Below, piece by piece: positions 9,785 through 18,674 of a stretch of 61,118 bases of DNA (within the stretch, counting starts at the first letter, position 1; every line of letters begins with the position of its first letter). The notes beneath the pieces were generated by a model. The model saw nothing but the letters and a program-made list of their open reading frames with translations, had not been told where the DNA came from and did no database searches. The stretch is from Arenimonas sp. (lineage in GTDB: Bacteria > Pseudomonadota > Gammaproteobacteria > Xanthomonadales > Xanthomonadaceae): contig DAORUD010000001.1 of NCBI GenBank assembly GCA_035433005.1, forward strand, positions 1-61,118. The letters run 5' to 3'. The translations under genes were made by a program, and so were the position numbers.

Positions 9785-9844
9785 TCCTTGCAGGGTGGGT
9801 CCGCAGCCCGTGTGGTCACGGATTGGGCGGGAGTGGCGACCGGC

Positions 9845-10540
9845 TTACTGGGCCGGGACGACCTTGGCCTGGTCGAGCAGGCCGCGCAGCTGCCTGGCCC
9901 AGTCGGATGCCGCACGGCGGGCTTCGGCGCGGTTCTCGGTGTAGCTGATCCAATGCATGCCGCGGGTTTCGCGCGCCTCGGTGCGGTCGAAGATGCGCAT
10001 GGCGGTTTCGCCGCTGGACGAATCGCGCAGCTCGGCTACCAGGCTCATTTCGCCCGCCGACACGGCATAGGTGCGCTCGGCCGGGTTCGTTTCCAGCTTC
10101 GGCGCCTGGATGTAGAGGTTGACGATGCGGGCATCGAGCTCCAGCACGTCGTCACCCGGCTGGTCCACCAGCTGGTAGCCGCCGGCGGCCAGTTCCACCA
10201 CCATCTGTTCGCGCACCAGTGCGGCCAGCTCGTCGCGGATGCGCTGCGCGTCCTCGGGCCGGACCCTGGCGCGGGTGGAGCCCGCCGACGTGCGGCCCCA
10301 GTCGCGGCGGAACGACACCGACACCGGCGCCAGCCGGATCTTCGGGTACTGGCCCACCGACGTGCCCGGCCGCGCATACACCGCGTCGAGCCCCTTCACA
10401 GTGACGCGCGCCAGCCCGTCGTCGCTCCACTGCCTGGCCGCGTCGCGCTTGGACACGGGGACGTCCTGGGCCGGCAGCGAAGGTGCGGCGGCCAGTGCAG
10501 CGACGGTCAGGAGGCTCAGGACAAGGGTCGGGATGCGCAT
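9845..10540 (-). CDS. DUF3313-like periplasmic protein
   Basis: Signal peptide MRIPTLVLSLL; GEMSLVAELRDSSSGETAMRIFDR motif. Confidence 0.75.
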   Translation of the reverse strand: MRIPTLVLSLLTVAALAAAPSLPAQDVPVSKRDAARQWSDDGLARVTVKGLDAVYARPGTSVGQYPKIRLAPVSVSFRRDWGRTSAGSTRARVRPEDAQRIRDELAALVREQMVVELAAGGYQLVDQPGDDVLELDARIVNLYIQAPKLETNPAERTYAVSAGEMSLVAELRDSSSGETAMRIFDRTEARETRGMHWISYTENRAEARRAASDWARQLRGLLDQAKVVPAQ

Positions 10541-10600
10541 GGGAAGCCTCGTGTTGGTTCGTTGTCGGCCCGGAAGGCGCGACGGGCGGCGGTGGCGTTG

Positions 10601-10645
10601 ATGGTGCGAAGCCACCCGCGCGGTCGCCATTGGACCTTGGCCTTA
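10601..10645 (-). promoter_or_regulatory. cluster box C with putative -10
   Basis: ATTGGACCTTGGCCTTA (10629-10645, overlapping the cytochrome stop codon); -10-like CACCAT at 10601-10606, 22 nt away. Confidence 0.65.
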
Positions 10646-12937
10646 CCGGGACGGGTCGGCACTCGCCGATGCGGCGGCGGCCAGGGCGCGATAGCCGTCC
10701 AGCGTGCTGCGCAGCGCGGGGTCGCCGGGGGCGCGCACCAGGGCGGCCTCCAGCGCGGCGATGGCTTCGCGCGGGCGACCGCTGTCGTGCAGGGCCACCG
10801 CATGCACGAAGGCGTAGTGGGGATTGTCGGGCGCCGCCGCCATGGCGCGCCGGAGCAGGGGCAGCGCCGCGTCGAGCTTTCCTTCGCGCACGCGCAGCAG
10901 GCCCTGCGCATGCAGCAGTGCGGCGTCGCCGGGGGCATGGGCCAGGCCGGCCTCGAGCTCGGCCTCCACTTCGGCATCGCGCCCGGTTTCCTGCAGCAGG
11001 TCGGCCAGGCTGACGTAGGCGGGCGCGAAGCCGGGCTGCAGTGCAATGGCCGCGCGCATTTCCTTCTCGGCGTCCGCGGCGCGGCCCTGGCGCGCCAGGA
11101 ACGCGCCCAGCTCCAGCCGGGACTCGGCGCGGTCGGCATTGGCGCGGCGCGACTGTTCGAACTCGGCGAACGCGGTGGCCAGGCGGCTGCGCGCGGAGGC
11201 ATCCAGTGACGCCGGGTCGGTGCCCGCCAGCACATGCGCCGCCTGCAGCCGCACTATCCGCGACGGGTCGGCGGTCATCGGCAGCGCCAGCGTGCGCTGC
11301 ACCGCCGGAGGCGCCGCGTGCAGCGCTTCCACGGCCGCGCCGCGCACCATGGCGTCGGCGTCGGCCAGCGCCGGCGGCAGTGCGGCCGCGGTGTCGCGGT
11401 CGAGATAGGCGCGCAGGTGCGAGAGCGCGGTGGCGCGGGTGATGGCGGGCAGGGCCATGTCGCCGGCGACGGCCACCAGCGCCGCACCGGCGCCGGGTTC
11501 GCCGACCGATGCCGAATGGAATGCCGGCGCCACCTTGGACATCGGTGAGGAATAGGCGCCGTGCACGGAGCGGATCTCTGCCTCGGCCCAGTCGGCGTCG
11601 CGGTCGGTGTGGCAGCCGGTGCAGGCGTCGGGCGCGCCCACCGCCGCGCTGGCCGCGGGCTGGGGCACGCGCATGAAGTGGTCGCGCCGCAGGTCAATGC
11701 CCATGTAGGCGCGCTCGGGCATGTGGCAGTCCACGCAGGCCGAGCCGGCGCTGGCCGGCGAATGCATCGTGTGTTCCGGGCGCGCGTACTGCGACGGGGC
11801 GTGGCACTGCCCGCACACGGCGTCGCCGGGGGCACGCAGTTCCCCGGAGTGCGGTTCGTGGCAGTCGCTGCAGGTCACGCCCGCGGCGTGCATGCGGCTC
11901 TGCATGAACGAACCGACTTCGTACACTTCCTCGCGCTGCTGGCCGTCGGCGAAGTACAGGCCACCGTCGAGGCGGGCGATTTCGTGGGTCTGCAGCAGGC
12001 TGCCGTCATGGTCCATGCCCTCGGCGTGCGGGCTGCGGCGCGAGTGGCACTGTGCGCAGGCCGTCAGTTCGCGCTGGCTGGTGCGCGCGGGGCTGCGTGC
12101 GGGCAATCCGGTCTGGGCATCGGTCTGCCAGGTCTGGCCCTTGCGCTCGTCCAGCAGCACGCGCAGGCCGCGGGTCGGGTCGGCCTTCCTGGCGGGCGCG
12201 TCGGCGCGCGTCCAGGCCACGTGCCCGCTGCCGGGGCCATGGCAGGCCTCGCAGCCCACGTCGAACTCCGACCAGGTGGTGTTGAACTGGTCGGTGGCGG
12301 CGTCGTAGTTACGGTCCAGATTCGTGGTGTGGCAGTCGGCGCACATCCAGTTCCAGTTCTGGTACGGCCCGGTCCAGTGCAGGGCATCGCCGGCGCCGAT
12401 GTCCTCTTCCGGATAAAGCGAGTACCAGCGCTGCCCGCCGGCGTCGCGTTCGCGCGTGTCCCAGGCGAAGGGCAGGGCCTGGATGCGGCCGTCGGGCAAG
12501 GCCACCAGGTATTGCTGCAGCGGCTCCAGGCCGATGACGTAGCGGACTTCGAACACGCCGTCCTTGCCGTCGGCGCCTTCGGCCTGCACGAAGTAGCGCC
12601 CGTCCTGCTGCCGGAACACCGCCTCGCGCCCGCTGTAGGCCAGGCGCGCGCCGTTGAAGTCACCCAGCACCGTGCCGGCGGCGGCATGCTGCATGGCGCG
12701 CGCGTGGTGCGATCCGCGCCACGCCTTGGCCTCGCCCTGGTGGCAGCCGGCGCACGCATCGGAGCCGACGAAGCCCGCGGGGTCCGCCGCCACCGCCGGG
12801 GTGCCGGCCGGCGGTGCGGGCGCGGGTTCGACGCCCGGCGCCCGGCGCGCCTGCAGGTGCCAGGCCAGCGCGCCGGCCAGCACGATGGCCGACAGGCACG
12901 CGGCCATGAGCCACCCGCCGAAGCGCCGGCGATTCAT
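10643..12937 (-). CDS. multiheme c-type cytochrome (8 CXXCH) fused to HEAT/TPR repeats
   Basis: CAGCH, CADCH, CEACH, CAQCH, CSDCH, CGQCH, CVDCH, CTGCH; N-terminal signal/anchor; C-terminal HEAT-like and TPR repeats. Confidence 0.92.
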   Translation of the reverse strand: MNRRRFGGWLMAACLSAIVLAGALAWHLQARRAPGVEPAPAPPAGTPAVAADPAGFVGSDACAGCHQGEAKAWRGSHHARAMQHAAAGTVLGDFNGARLAYSGREAVFRQQDGRYFVQAEGADGKDGVFEVRYVIGLEPLQQYLVALPDGRIQALPFAWDTRERDAGGQRWYSLYPEEDIGAGDALHWTGPYQNWNWMCADCHTTNLDRNYDAATDQFNTTWSEFDVGCEACHGPGSGHVAWTRADAPARKADPTRGLRVLLDERKGQTWQTDAQTGLPARSPARTSQRELTACAQCHSRRSPHAEGMDHDGSLLQTHEIARLDGGLYFADGQQREEVYEVGSFMQSRMHAAGVTCSDCHEPHSGELRAPGDAVCGQCHAPSQYARPEHTMHSPASAGSACVDCHMPERAYMGIDLRRDHFMRVPQPAASAAVGAPDACTGCHTDRDADWAEAEIRSVHGAYSSPMSKVAPAFHSASVGEPGAGAALVAVAGDMALPAITRATALSHLRAYLDRDTAAALPPALADADAMVRGAAVEALHAAPPAVQRTLALPMTADPSRIVRLQAAHVLAGTDPASLDASARSRLATAFAEFEQSRRANADRAESRLELGAFLARQGRAADAEKEMRAAIALQPGFAPAYVSLADLLQETGRDAEVEAELEAGLAHAPGDAALLHAQGLLRVREGKLDAALPLLRRAMAAAPDNPHYAFVHAVALHDSGRPREAIAALEAALVRAPGDPALRSTLDGYRALAAAASASADPSR

Positions 12938-12974
12938 CCGGCGGCGCCGGGGCGCGGCGTCGGACGCGCCTGCG

Positions 12975-13715
12975 TCACAGGCCGAACGCGAACGCCACGA
13001 CCGGGCCGCTCATGGTCACGTCGAGCGAACGGTCGGAGCCGCCCAGCTCCAGGTCCATGTGCCGGTAGCCGAACATCAGCGAACCCTTCGACATGCGGTA
13101 GCCGGCCATCATGCTGGCGTTCCAGGTGCCGTCGGTCTGGCCGAACGAGCCGTCCACGCGCGAGATGAGCGTCCACTTGTCGGACAGGCGGGCGGTGTAG
13201 CGCGCGCCCAGCAGCGCATCGGTGAAGGTTTCCTCGAAGCCGATGTTGGCCGTCGGCAGCAGCGCGGCGGTCGGATCCAGCTCCACGTCCAGGTCCACCT
13301 TGGCGTAGCGCACGCCGAACAGCAGGTCCAGGCCTTCGTAGCGCTCGGGCTCGACGTTCCAGACGCCGCCCGCTTCCAGCAGCGTGGTCTGCATCGAGGC
13401 GTCGCTGTCGAACAGCGTCCGCGAACCCGAGTCCGACAGCGACAGGTAGGTGGCGTCGCCGAACACGCCGAAGCGGTCGCCCTGGCCTTCGACGTGCATC
13501 TGGAAGGCCATGTCTATCTTGCTGACGATGTCGCTGAAGTAGGTTTCGCTGCTGAACGGGGCCACTTCCTCGTTGAGGTCGGTCTTGATGGACGAACCCC
13601 ACAGGTACGGGGCGACGGTCCAGTCCCAGGCCTCTTCGGCGCGGGCATCGGCGGCAGGCAGCAGCGAGAGCATGGCCACGGGAAGCAGGGCGGCCAGCAG
13701 TTTCTTGGCATTCAT
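12975..13715 (-). CDS. outer-membrane beta-barrel protein
   Basis: Signal peptide, WTVAPYLWG start, alternating beta-strands, C-terminal SGPVVAFAF. Confidence 0.8.
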   Translation of the reverse strand: MNAKKLLAALLPVAMLSLLPAADARAEEAWDWTVAPYLWGSSIKTDLNEEVAPFSSETYFSDIVSKIDMAFQMHVEGQGDRFGVFGDATYLSLSDSGSRTLFDSDASMQTTLLEAGGVWNVEPERYEGLDLLFGVRYAKVDLDVELDPTAALLPTANIGFEETFTDALLGARYTARLSDKWTLISRVDGSFGQTDGTWNASMMAGYRMSKGSLMFGYRHMDLELGGSDRSLDVTMSGPVVAFAFGL

Positions 13716-13752
13716 GGCTTGGAACCTCGTATCGGGGTGCGCGGGTGGCGCA

Positions 13753-14250
13753 TCAGGGATTGACGACGACGTAGACCACGTCGTTGCTGTACCAGCTGCG
13801 CCGGTAGTAGACGGTGCCGCACAGGTAGTAGGTTTCGTTGGCGCGGTAGACCACGGTGCAGCCGGGCGGCAGCGCGTAGTAGTACGAACCCACCACGGCG
13901 GCCGTGGTGACCGCCACCGTGCCGATCACGACGCCGGCGGCCACCGGATAGCGATAGTTCGGGCCCCAGTGGTTGTAGTCGTTGTCGATGTTGACGTCGC
14001 GGTCGATGTCCACGTTGACGTCGTTGCCGATGTTCACGTCGTTGCCGACGTTGATGTCACCGCGGCTTTTGGCGGCGCCGCTGCCGCGACGGGCGTCGAA
14101 GTTGGACGCGCTGACGGACGGCTTGGCCATGCGCGAGCCGCCCGGGCCCGCCTGCGCCGCCGGGGCGGCCAGCAGCAGCGAAACAGCCAGGGTGGCGGCC
14201 GCGCCAGCGGCCAGGCGCAGCAGCGGGGTCTTGCGGGACAGGGCGATCAT
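13753..14250 (-). CDS. secreted protein with N/D/V/I repeats and Tyr/Cys C-terminal domain
   Basis: Signal peptide; GDINVGNDVNIGNDVNVDIDRDVNIDND; LPPGC..YYLCGTVYYR..YVVVNP. Confidence 0.8.
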   Translation of the reverse strand: MIALSRKTPLLRLAAGAAATLAVSLLLAAPAAQAGPGGSRMAKPSVSASNFDARRGSGAAKSRGDINVGNDVNIGNDVNVDIDRDVNIDNDYNHWGPNYRYPVAAGVVIGTVAVTTAAVVGSYYYALPPGCTVVYRANETYYLCGTVYYRRSWYSNDVVYVVVNP

Positions 14251-15044
14251 CGGGCGTCTCCAGCGGCGTCGTAATCGAGGGGAATCGGTGCATCGAACGG
14301 CAGCGCGACGGCGCCCGCGGGCGGCACGAAGCGGAAGCTGGCGGCGTCGAGCTTGGGCGAGGTGTTCCAGTCCAGCACCGCTTCGAACTGCGGCTGGCCG
14401 TACTCGTGGCGCGTGGTCAGCAGGATCTTGCGCGGCAGCGGGCGGCTGCCCTTCTCGATCCAGATCTGCCAGTCCACGTCGCCCTGCCGGAACGCCAGCT
14501 GCTGGCAGGCCACGCCGTCCACCGTGGCGTCGCCCACCAGCACGCCGCCGCGCACGCGGTCGAGCAGCGTGCCGGAGAAGGCCTGGTGCAGTACGTCAAT
14601 CAGCGGCAGTTCGATGCCGGCCGCCAGCACGTTGCCCAGCAGCTGCTGCAGGGTGGCGGGCGCCTTCACCTGCACGTAGGCCTGGTCTTGCGCCGACAGC
14701 ATGGACAGCTGCTTGCCGTCGTACACGAAGGTGCGCGCGCCGAGGTCACCGGCCACGTCCACGCGCAGGCCGTCGGGGCGGCGGACCACCATGGAGATGG
14801 TTTCGTTGTTCTGCAGCTTGAAGCCCTCGTCCACGATCTGGTCGCGGCTGGCGGTGGCCACCAGGGAGAAGGCGCTCAGGCCGCCGAGGTACTGCGCCAT
14901 GTGGTCCATGGCCGCGCGTGCGTCGGCCTCGATGGCGGGATTGACGCGCGCGGTGGCCTCCTGGCCTGCGGCGCTGGCTGGCGCCGGAAGCGCGAGAGCC
15001 GCCGCGACCAGCAGCGTGGACACCGGACCTGCAAGAATCTTCAT
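14247..15044 (-). CDS. DUF2092-family periplasmic protein (LolA-like fold)
   Basis: VRRPDGLR, FVYDGKQL, VDWQIWIEKG..PLPRKI and FRFVPP motifs. Confidence 0.85.
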   Translation of the reverse strand: MKILAGPVSTLLVAAALALPAPASAAGQEATARVNPAIEADARAAMDHMAQYLGGLSAFSLVATASRDQIVDEGFKLQNNETISMVVRRPDGLRVDVAGDLGARTFVYDGKQLSMLSAQDQAYVQVKAPATLQQLLGNVLAAGIELPLIDVLHQAFSGTLLDRVRGGVLVGDATVDGVACQQLAFRQGDVDWQIWIEKGSRPLPRKILLTTRHEYGQPQFEAVLDWNTSPKLDAASFRFVPPAGAVALPFDAPIPLDYDAAGDAR

Positions 15045-15111
15045 CGCAACGCTCCTGTTTCAATGGCGGTTGAGGCGTGGGGCCGGCCTGGACGCGCCTG
15101 GCCCAGCGGTG

Positions 15112-15156
15112 AGGCTAGGCGTCGGCCGCGGCCCGCGAAATGGGACCTTGTTCCTA
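15112..15156 (-). promoter_or_regulatory. cluster box D with putative -10
   Basis: ATGGGACCTTGTTCCTA (15140-15156); -10-like TAGCCT at 15112-15117, 22 nt away. Confidence 0.65.
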
Positions 15157-15239
15157 CCGGCCGGGCCAAAAAAGAAGGCGGCCAGGGGATGGCCGCCTCG
15201 ACTACGCATCCGTCGAACTACCCGGGGGAACGCTTTGAC

Positions 15240-16682
15240 TCAGGGAATCGCCTCCAGCGCACCGGCTTCCTCTTCCGGCAGCGACACCGAACCGAACAGC
15301 ACCGGCCACAGCGCGCCGAACACTTCCTGCAGGAACTTGGACGGCGCCGCGGTGCGGGCCTCGGTTTCGATGATCTGCCGCAGCTCGGCCACCTTGGCCG
15401 GGTTGGCGTCGGCGAGGTTGTTCTTCTCGTACGGGTCGGCGGCCAGGTCGAACAGTTCGGTGCGCGAGGGCAGCGCCACGTTCCACACCAGCTTCCACTG
15501 GCCCTTGGCGACGGCCGCCTGCTGCGGCTCGATGGAATAGATGGTGGTTTCGCGCGGCGACGGCTTGCGGCCGGCGACCGTGTCCCACATGTCCAGGCCG
15601 TCGATCGGCTTGCCGCCTTCCACCTTGCCGCCGGCCACGCCGATCAGCGTCGGGAAGATGTCCACCACGTGCATCGGCTGGTCCACCACCGTGCCGGCCG
15701 GCAGGTGGCCGCGCCAGTTGGCCAGCGCGATCACGCGGGTGCCGCCTTCGTACAGGGTGCCCTTGCCGTCGCGCCACGGGCCGTTGCTGGCGGGCAGCGT
15801 GAGCTTGGAGACGTCGCTTTCACCCGCGAAGCGCGACGAACGCACGCCGCCGTTGTCGCTGTGGTAGACGATCAGGGTGTCTTCGTCCATGCCGCGCGCC
15901 TTCAGCGCCGCCACCACGCGGCCCACCTGGTCGTCCAGCGCCGTGATCATGGCGGCGTAGGTGCGGCGGGTCGGGTCGGCGATGCCGCTGTTGCGGTCTT
16001 CGTACGACTTGGGGGCCTGGAACGGCGAGTGCGGCGCGGTGAAGGCCAGGTACATGAACATCGGCTGGGACTTGTCGTGGCCGGCAATCAGGCGCACGGC
16101 GTCGTCACCCAGCAGGTCGGTGGCGTAGCCCTCTTCCTTCACCGGCTCGTTGTTGCGGAACCAGTCCAGCGCGCCGTGGGCGGAGTGGGTGAAGTAGTCG
16201 ATCTCGCCCAGCACCGCGCCGTAGTGGTAGTCGAAGCCACGCTGCATCGGCCAGAACTTCCGGTCGGCGTGGCCCAGGTGCCACTTGCCGACCATCAGCG
16301 TGCGGTAGCCGGCTGCCTTGAGCGCCTGCGGCAGCAGGTACTCGTCGGTGTCCACGCCGTACTTGCCGGCCGACGGGATCACCGCCGACTGCATGCCGGT
16401 GCGGAACGGGTAGCGGCCGGTCATCAGCGCCGCGCGGGTCTGCGTGCACAGCGGCTGCGCCCGGAACTGTTCCAGGCGGACGCCGCCGCGGGCCAGGGCG
16501 TCGATGTTGGGGGTCTTGATGTCCGAACCGTGGTAGCCCACGTCGGCCCAGCCCTGGTCGTCGGCGACGATGTAGACGATGTTGGGCTGCTTGGCCTTGG
16601 CCGACGCCGCCATCGGCACCAGGGCCGCGGACGCGAGCACCAGCATTGCGAAGAATTTCGTAGTGCGTGGAAGCAGTTTCAT
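15240..16682 (-). CDS. secreted arylsulfatase (S1 family, arylsulfatase B-like)
   Basis: PNIVYIVADDQG, CTQTRAALMTGR, GKWHLG, SDNGG and GKGTLYEGG motifs; signal peptide from MKLLPR. Confidence 0.93.
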   Translation of the reverse strand: MKLLPRTTKFFAMLVLASAALVPMAASAKAKQPNIVYIVADDQGWADVGYHGSDIKTPNIDALARGGVRLEQFRAQPLCTQTRAALMTGRYPFRTGMQSAVIPSAGKYGVDTDEYLLPQALKAAGYRTLMVGKWHLGHADRKFWPMQRGFDYHYGAVLGEIDYFTHSAHGALDWFRNNEPVKEEGYATDLLGDDAVRLIAGHDKSQPMFMYLAFTAPHSPFQAPKSYEDRNSGIADPTRRTYAAMITALDDQVGRVVAALKARGMDEDTLIVYHSDNGGVRSSRFAGESDVSKLTLPASNGPWRDGKGTLYEGGTRVIALANWRGHLPAGTVVDQPMHVVDIFPTLIGVAGGKVEGGKPIDGLDMWDTVAGRKPSPRETTIYSIEPQQAAVAKGQWKLVWNVALPSRTELFDLAADPYEKNNLADANPAKVAELRQIIETEARTAAPSKFLQEVFGALWPVLFGSVSLPEEEAGALEAIP

Positions 16683-16867
16683 GGCACACCCCTTTGTATC
16701 GAAGTCCTTCCGCCGGCGGCGCCGGTGGACCCTGCTGCGCATGCGGCGCCCGGGACGGACGAGCACACGTCGCCATTGGGACAAAGAATGGCCCTGTCTT
16801 CGATACAGCCTAGGAGCTATTGATTTCGCCCTGTCGCGGTGCTATGCGGTGACCGGCCGCGCCGGTG

Positions 16868-17986
16868 TCAGCCCACGAACCGCCGCAGGGGCGTGTGCCG
16901 CACCAGCAGCTGGTAGCTGAGCAGGCAAACCGCCAGCGTGGCGCCGCTGGCCAGCGCGAACTTCAGCGGCCACGCCATGTCGCTGTCCATCAGGGCGAAC
17001 TGCAGCGCAAACAGCAGCGGCAGATGCCACAGGTAGGTCCAGTACGCGCTTTGCGCGAGGTAGCGCATCGGCGCGCTGGCGCGGTTGAGCAGGCGCTGCC
17101 CGGCCACCAGGCACAGCACGGTGAGCCACACGCTGAGCAAGGCCTCCAGCGCGGCCACCGGCCACGAAGCGGTGGGCTGCGTGGCGCCTGGCAGCTCCAC
17201 CGACAGCCGCCAGAGGAACAGCGCGTAAAGCACCGCGCCGCCCGCCACCAGCCACGGCACGCACGGGCGCACGCGCTCGAGCCAGCCCGGTGCAGCGTGC
17301 AGCTGCGTGCCCAGCGCATAGAACGCGCCGTAGAACAGCAGCGCCCAGAACTGCGGCAGCAGGCCTTCGGGCGCCGGGTGCGGCGCGCTCACCGACGCCA
17401 GCGCCGGCACCAGCAGCACCGGCAGCCCCAGCAGCAGCCACGCCGGATGGCGCGTCAGCACGCCGCGCAGCGCGCGGCCCAGGTCCAGCGTGCGCGCCAC
17501 CCACTGCAGCACGGCCAGCAGCAGCAGGTAGTACAGGAACCACAGGTGGGACGTGCCCAGCGGCGCCTGCGGCGGGTCGTCCATCCGCATCCATGCGTCC
17601 ACCATTGCCAGGAACGCGGAGGGGTGCCGGACGTTCTCGACGGCCCACACCACCGCCGCCGACAGCGACAGCCACACCAGCGGCCACGCCACCAGGAACG
17701 GCAGCGCGATGCGCCGCACCCGCTGCCGCGCGAACGCCGCGCCGCCGCGCCGCTCGATCACCCACGCGGCGAAGAACCCCGCCACCACGAAGAACAGCGG
17801 CATCCGGAACAGATGCAGTCCCCACGCCACCACGTCCACCCACGCGCTGTTCTGGCGGTCGGCCGTGGGGAAGAAACCCTGCATCAGCGGGCTGAACGCC
17901 AGCGCCGCGTGGAAGAACACGCCGGCCAGCATGGCCAGCGCGCGCAGGTGGTCCATGTAGTGCAGCCGCTCCTGCGTTGCGTTCAC
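16868..17986 (-). CDS. acyltransferase family 3 membrane protein (MdoC/OpgC-like)
   Basis: RLHYMDHLRA, FRMPLFF..AGFF, HLWFLYYL and AYWTYLWH motifs. Confidence 0.88.
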   Translation of the reverse strand: MNATQERLHYMDHLRALAMLAGVFFHAALAFSPLMQGFFPTADRQNSAWVDVVAWGLHLFRMPLFFVVAGFFAAWVIERRGGAAFARQRVRRIALPFLVAWPLVWLSLSAAVVWAVENVRHPSAFLAMVDAWMRMDDPPQAPLGTSHLWFLYYLLLLAVLQWVARTLDLGRALRGVLTRHPAWLLLGLPVLLVPALASVSAPHPAPEGLLPQFWALLFYGAFYALGTQLHAAPGWLERVRPCVPWLVAGGAVLYALFLWRLSVELPGATQPTASWPVAALEALLSVWLTVLCLVAGQRLLNRASAPMRYLAQSAYWTYLWHLPLLFALQFALMDSDMAWPLKFALASGATLAVCLLSYQLLVRHTPLRRFVG

Positions 17987-17996
17987 AACGATGGCC

Positions 17997-18674
17997 TCAG
18001 TAGAACGCCGGCTTGCGGCCGTGCACCCAGGCGGTGACGGCGATCACCAGCACCGACAGCGCCGACAGCGTGGCCAGGATGGCCACTGCGGTGGGCGTCC
18101 ACACCAGCGCGTCCACGCCGATGCGCCTGCTGATTTCCGGCACCTGCGACAGGCCCATGATGTAGGGATTGATCAGCACCATCGAACCGATCATGGCGAA
18201 CGTGGCCCAGCCTTCGGACTCCACCGACATCGCCACCGCCAGCGAAACGGAATAGGCGAACAGGATGTAGGCGAAGATCAGCAGCGAATACACGAACAGC
18301 CCGTCGGGCAGCGGCGTCAGCAGCACCACCGCCAGCGTGCCGCCCAGCAGCAGCACGAAGGGCACGCCGAAGGTCAGCGTGTTGCCCACCAGCTTGGACA
18401 CGGTGAAGTCCAGCGGCGACACCGGCAGGCTCATCGCGAAGGCCAGCGTCTGGTCCTTGCGCTCCACCACCAGCGAGGTGGAGATGGAGAAGCACGCCGA
18501 GGAAATCATCACGATCAGCAGCGTCAGCGAGCCGATGTAGAAGGCCCAGGGCTTGGCCAGCCCCAGGAAGCACAGCGCGACGATGCCGGCCAGCACGTAG
18601 ATGGCCAGCTGCTTCTGGAACAGCTGCCAGTCCTTGGCCACCAGCAGGCGGATTACGGGAGTGTTGAGGGTCAT
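17997..18674 (-). CDS. ABC-2 type transporter permease
   Basis: About six TM segments, ERKDQTL..SLPVS motif; start overlaps the ATPase stop. Confidence 0.85.
   Translation of the reverse strand: MTLNTPVIRLLVAKDWQLFQKQLAIYVLAGIVALCFLGLAKPWAFYIGSLTLLIVMISSACFSISTSLVVERKDQTLAFAMSLPVSPLDFTVSKLVGNTLTFGVPFVLLLGGTLAVVLLTPLPDGLFVYSLLIFAYILFAYSVSLAVAMSVESEGWATFAMIGSMVLINPYIMGLSQVPEISRRIGVDALVWTPTAVAILATLSALSVLVIAVTAWVHGRKPAFY

Noticed and set aside
7295-11209. 1304-aa + strand ORF
   Set aside because: Antisense shadow of several well-supported minus-strand genes; stop-poor frame typical of high-GC DNA
16775-16791. Possible fifth cluster box upstream of the sulfatase (TTGGGACAAAG)
   Set aside because: Only a half-site matches and there is no -10-like hexamer at the conserved spacing
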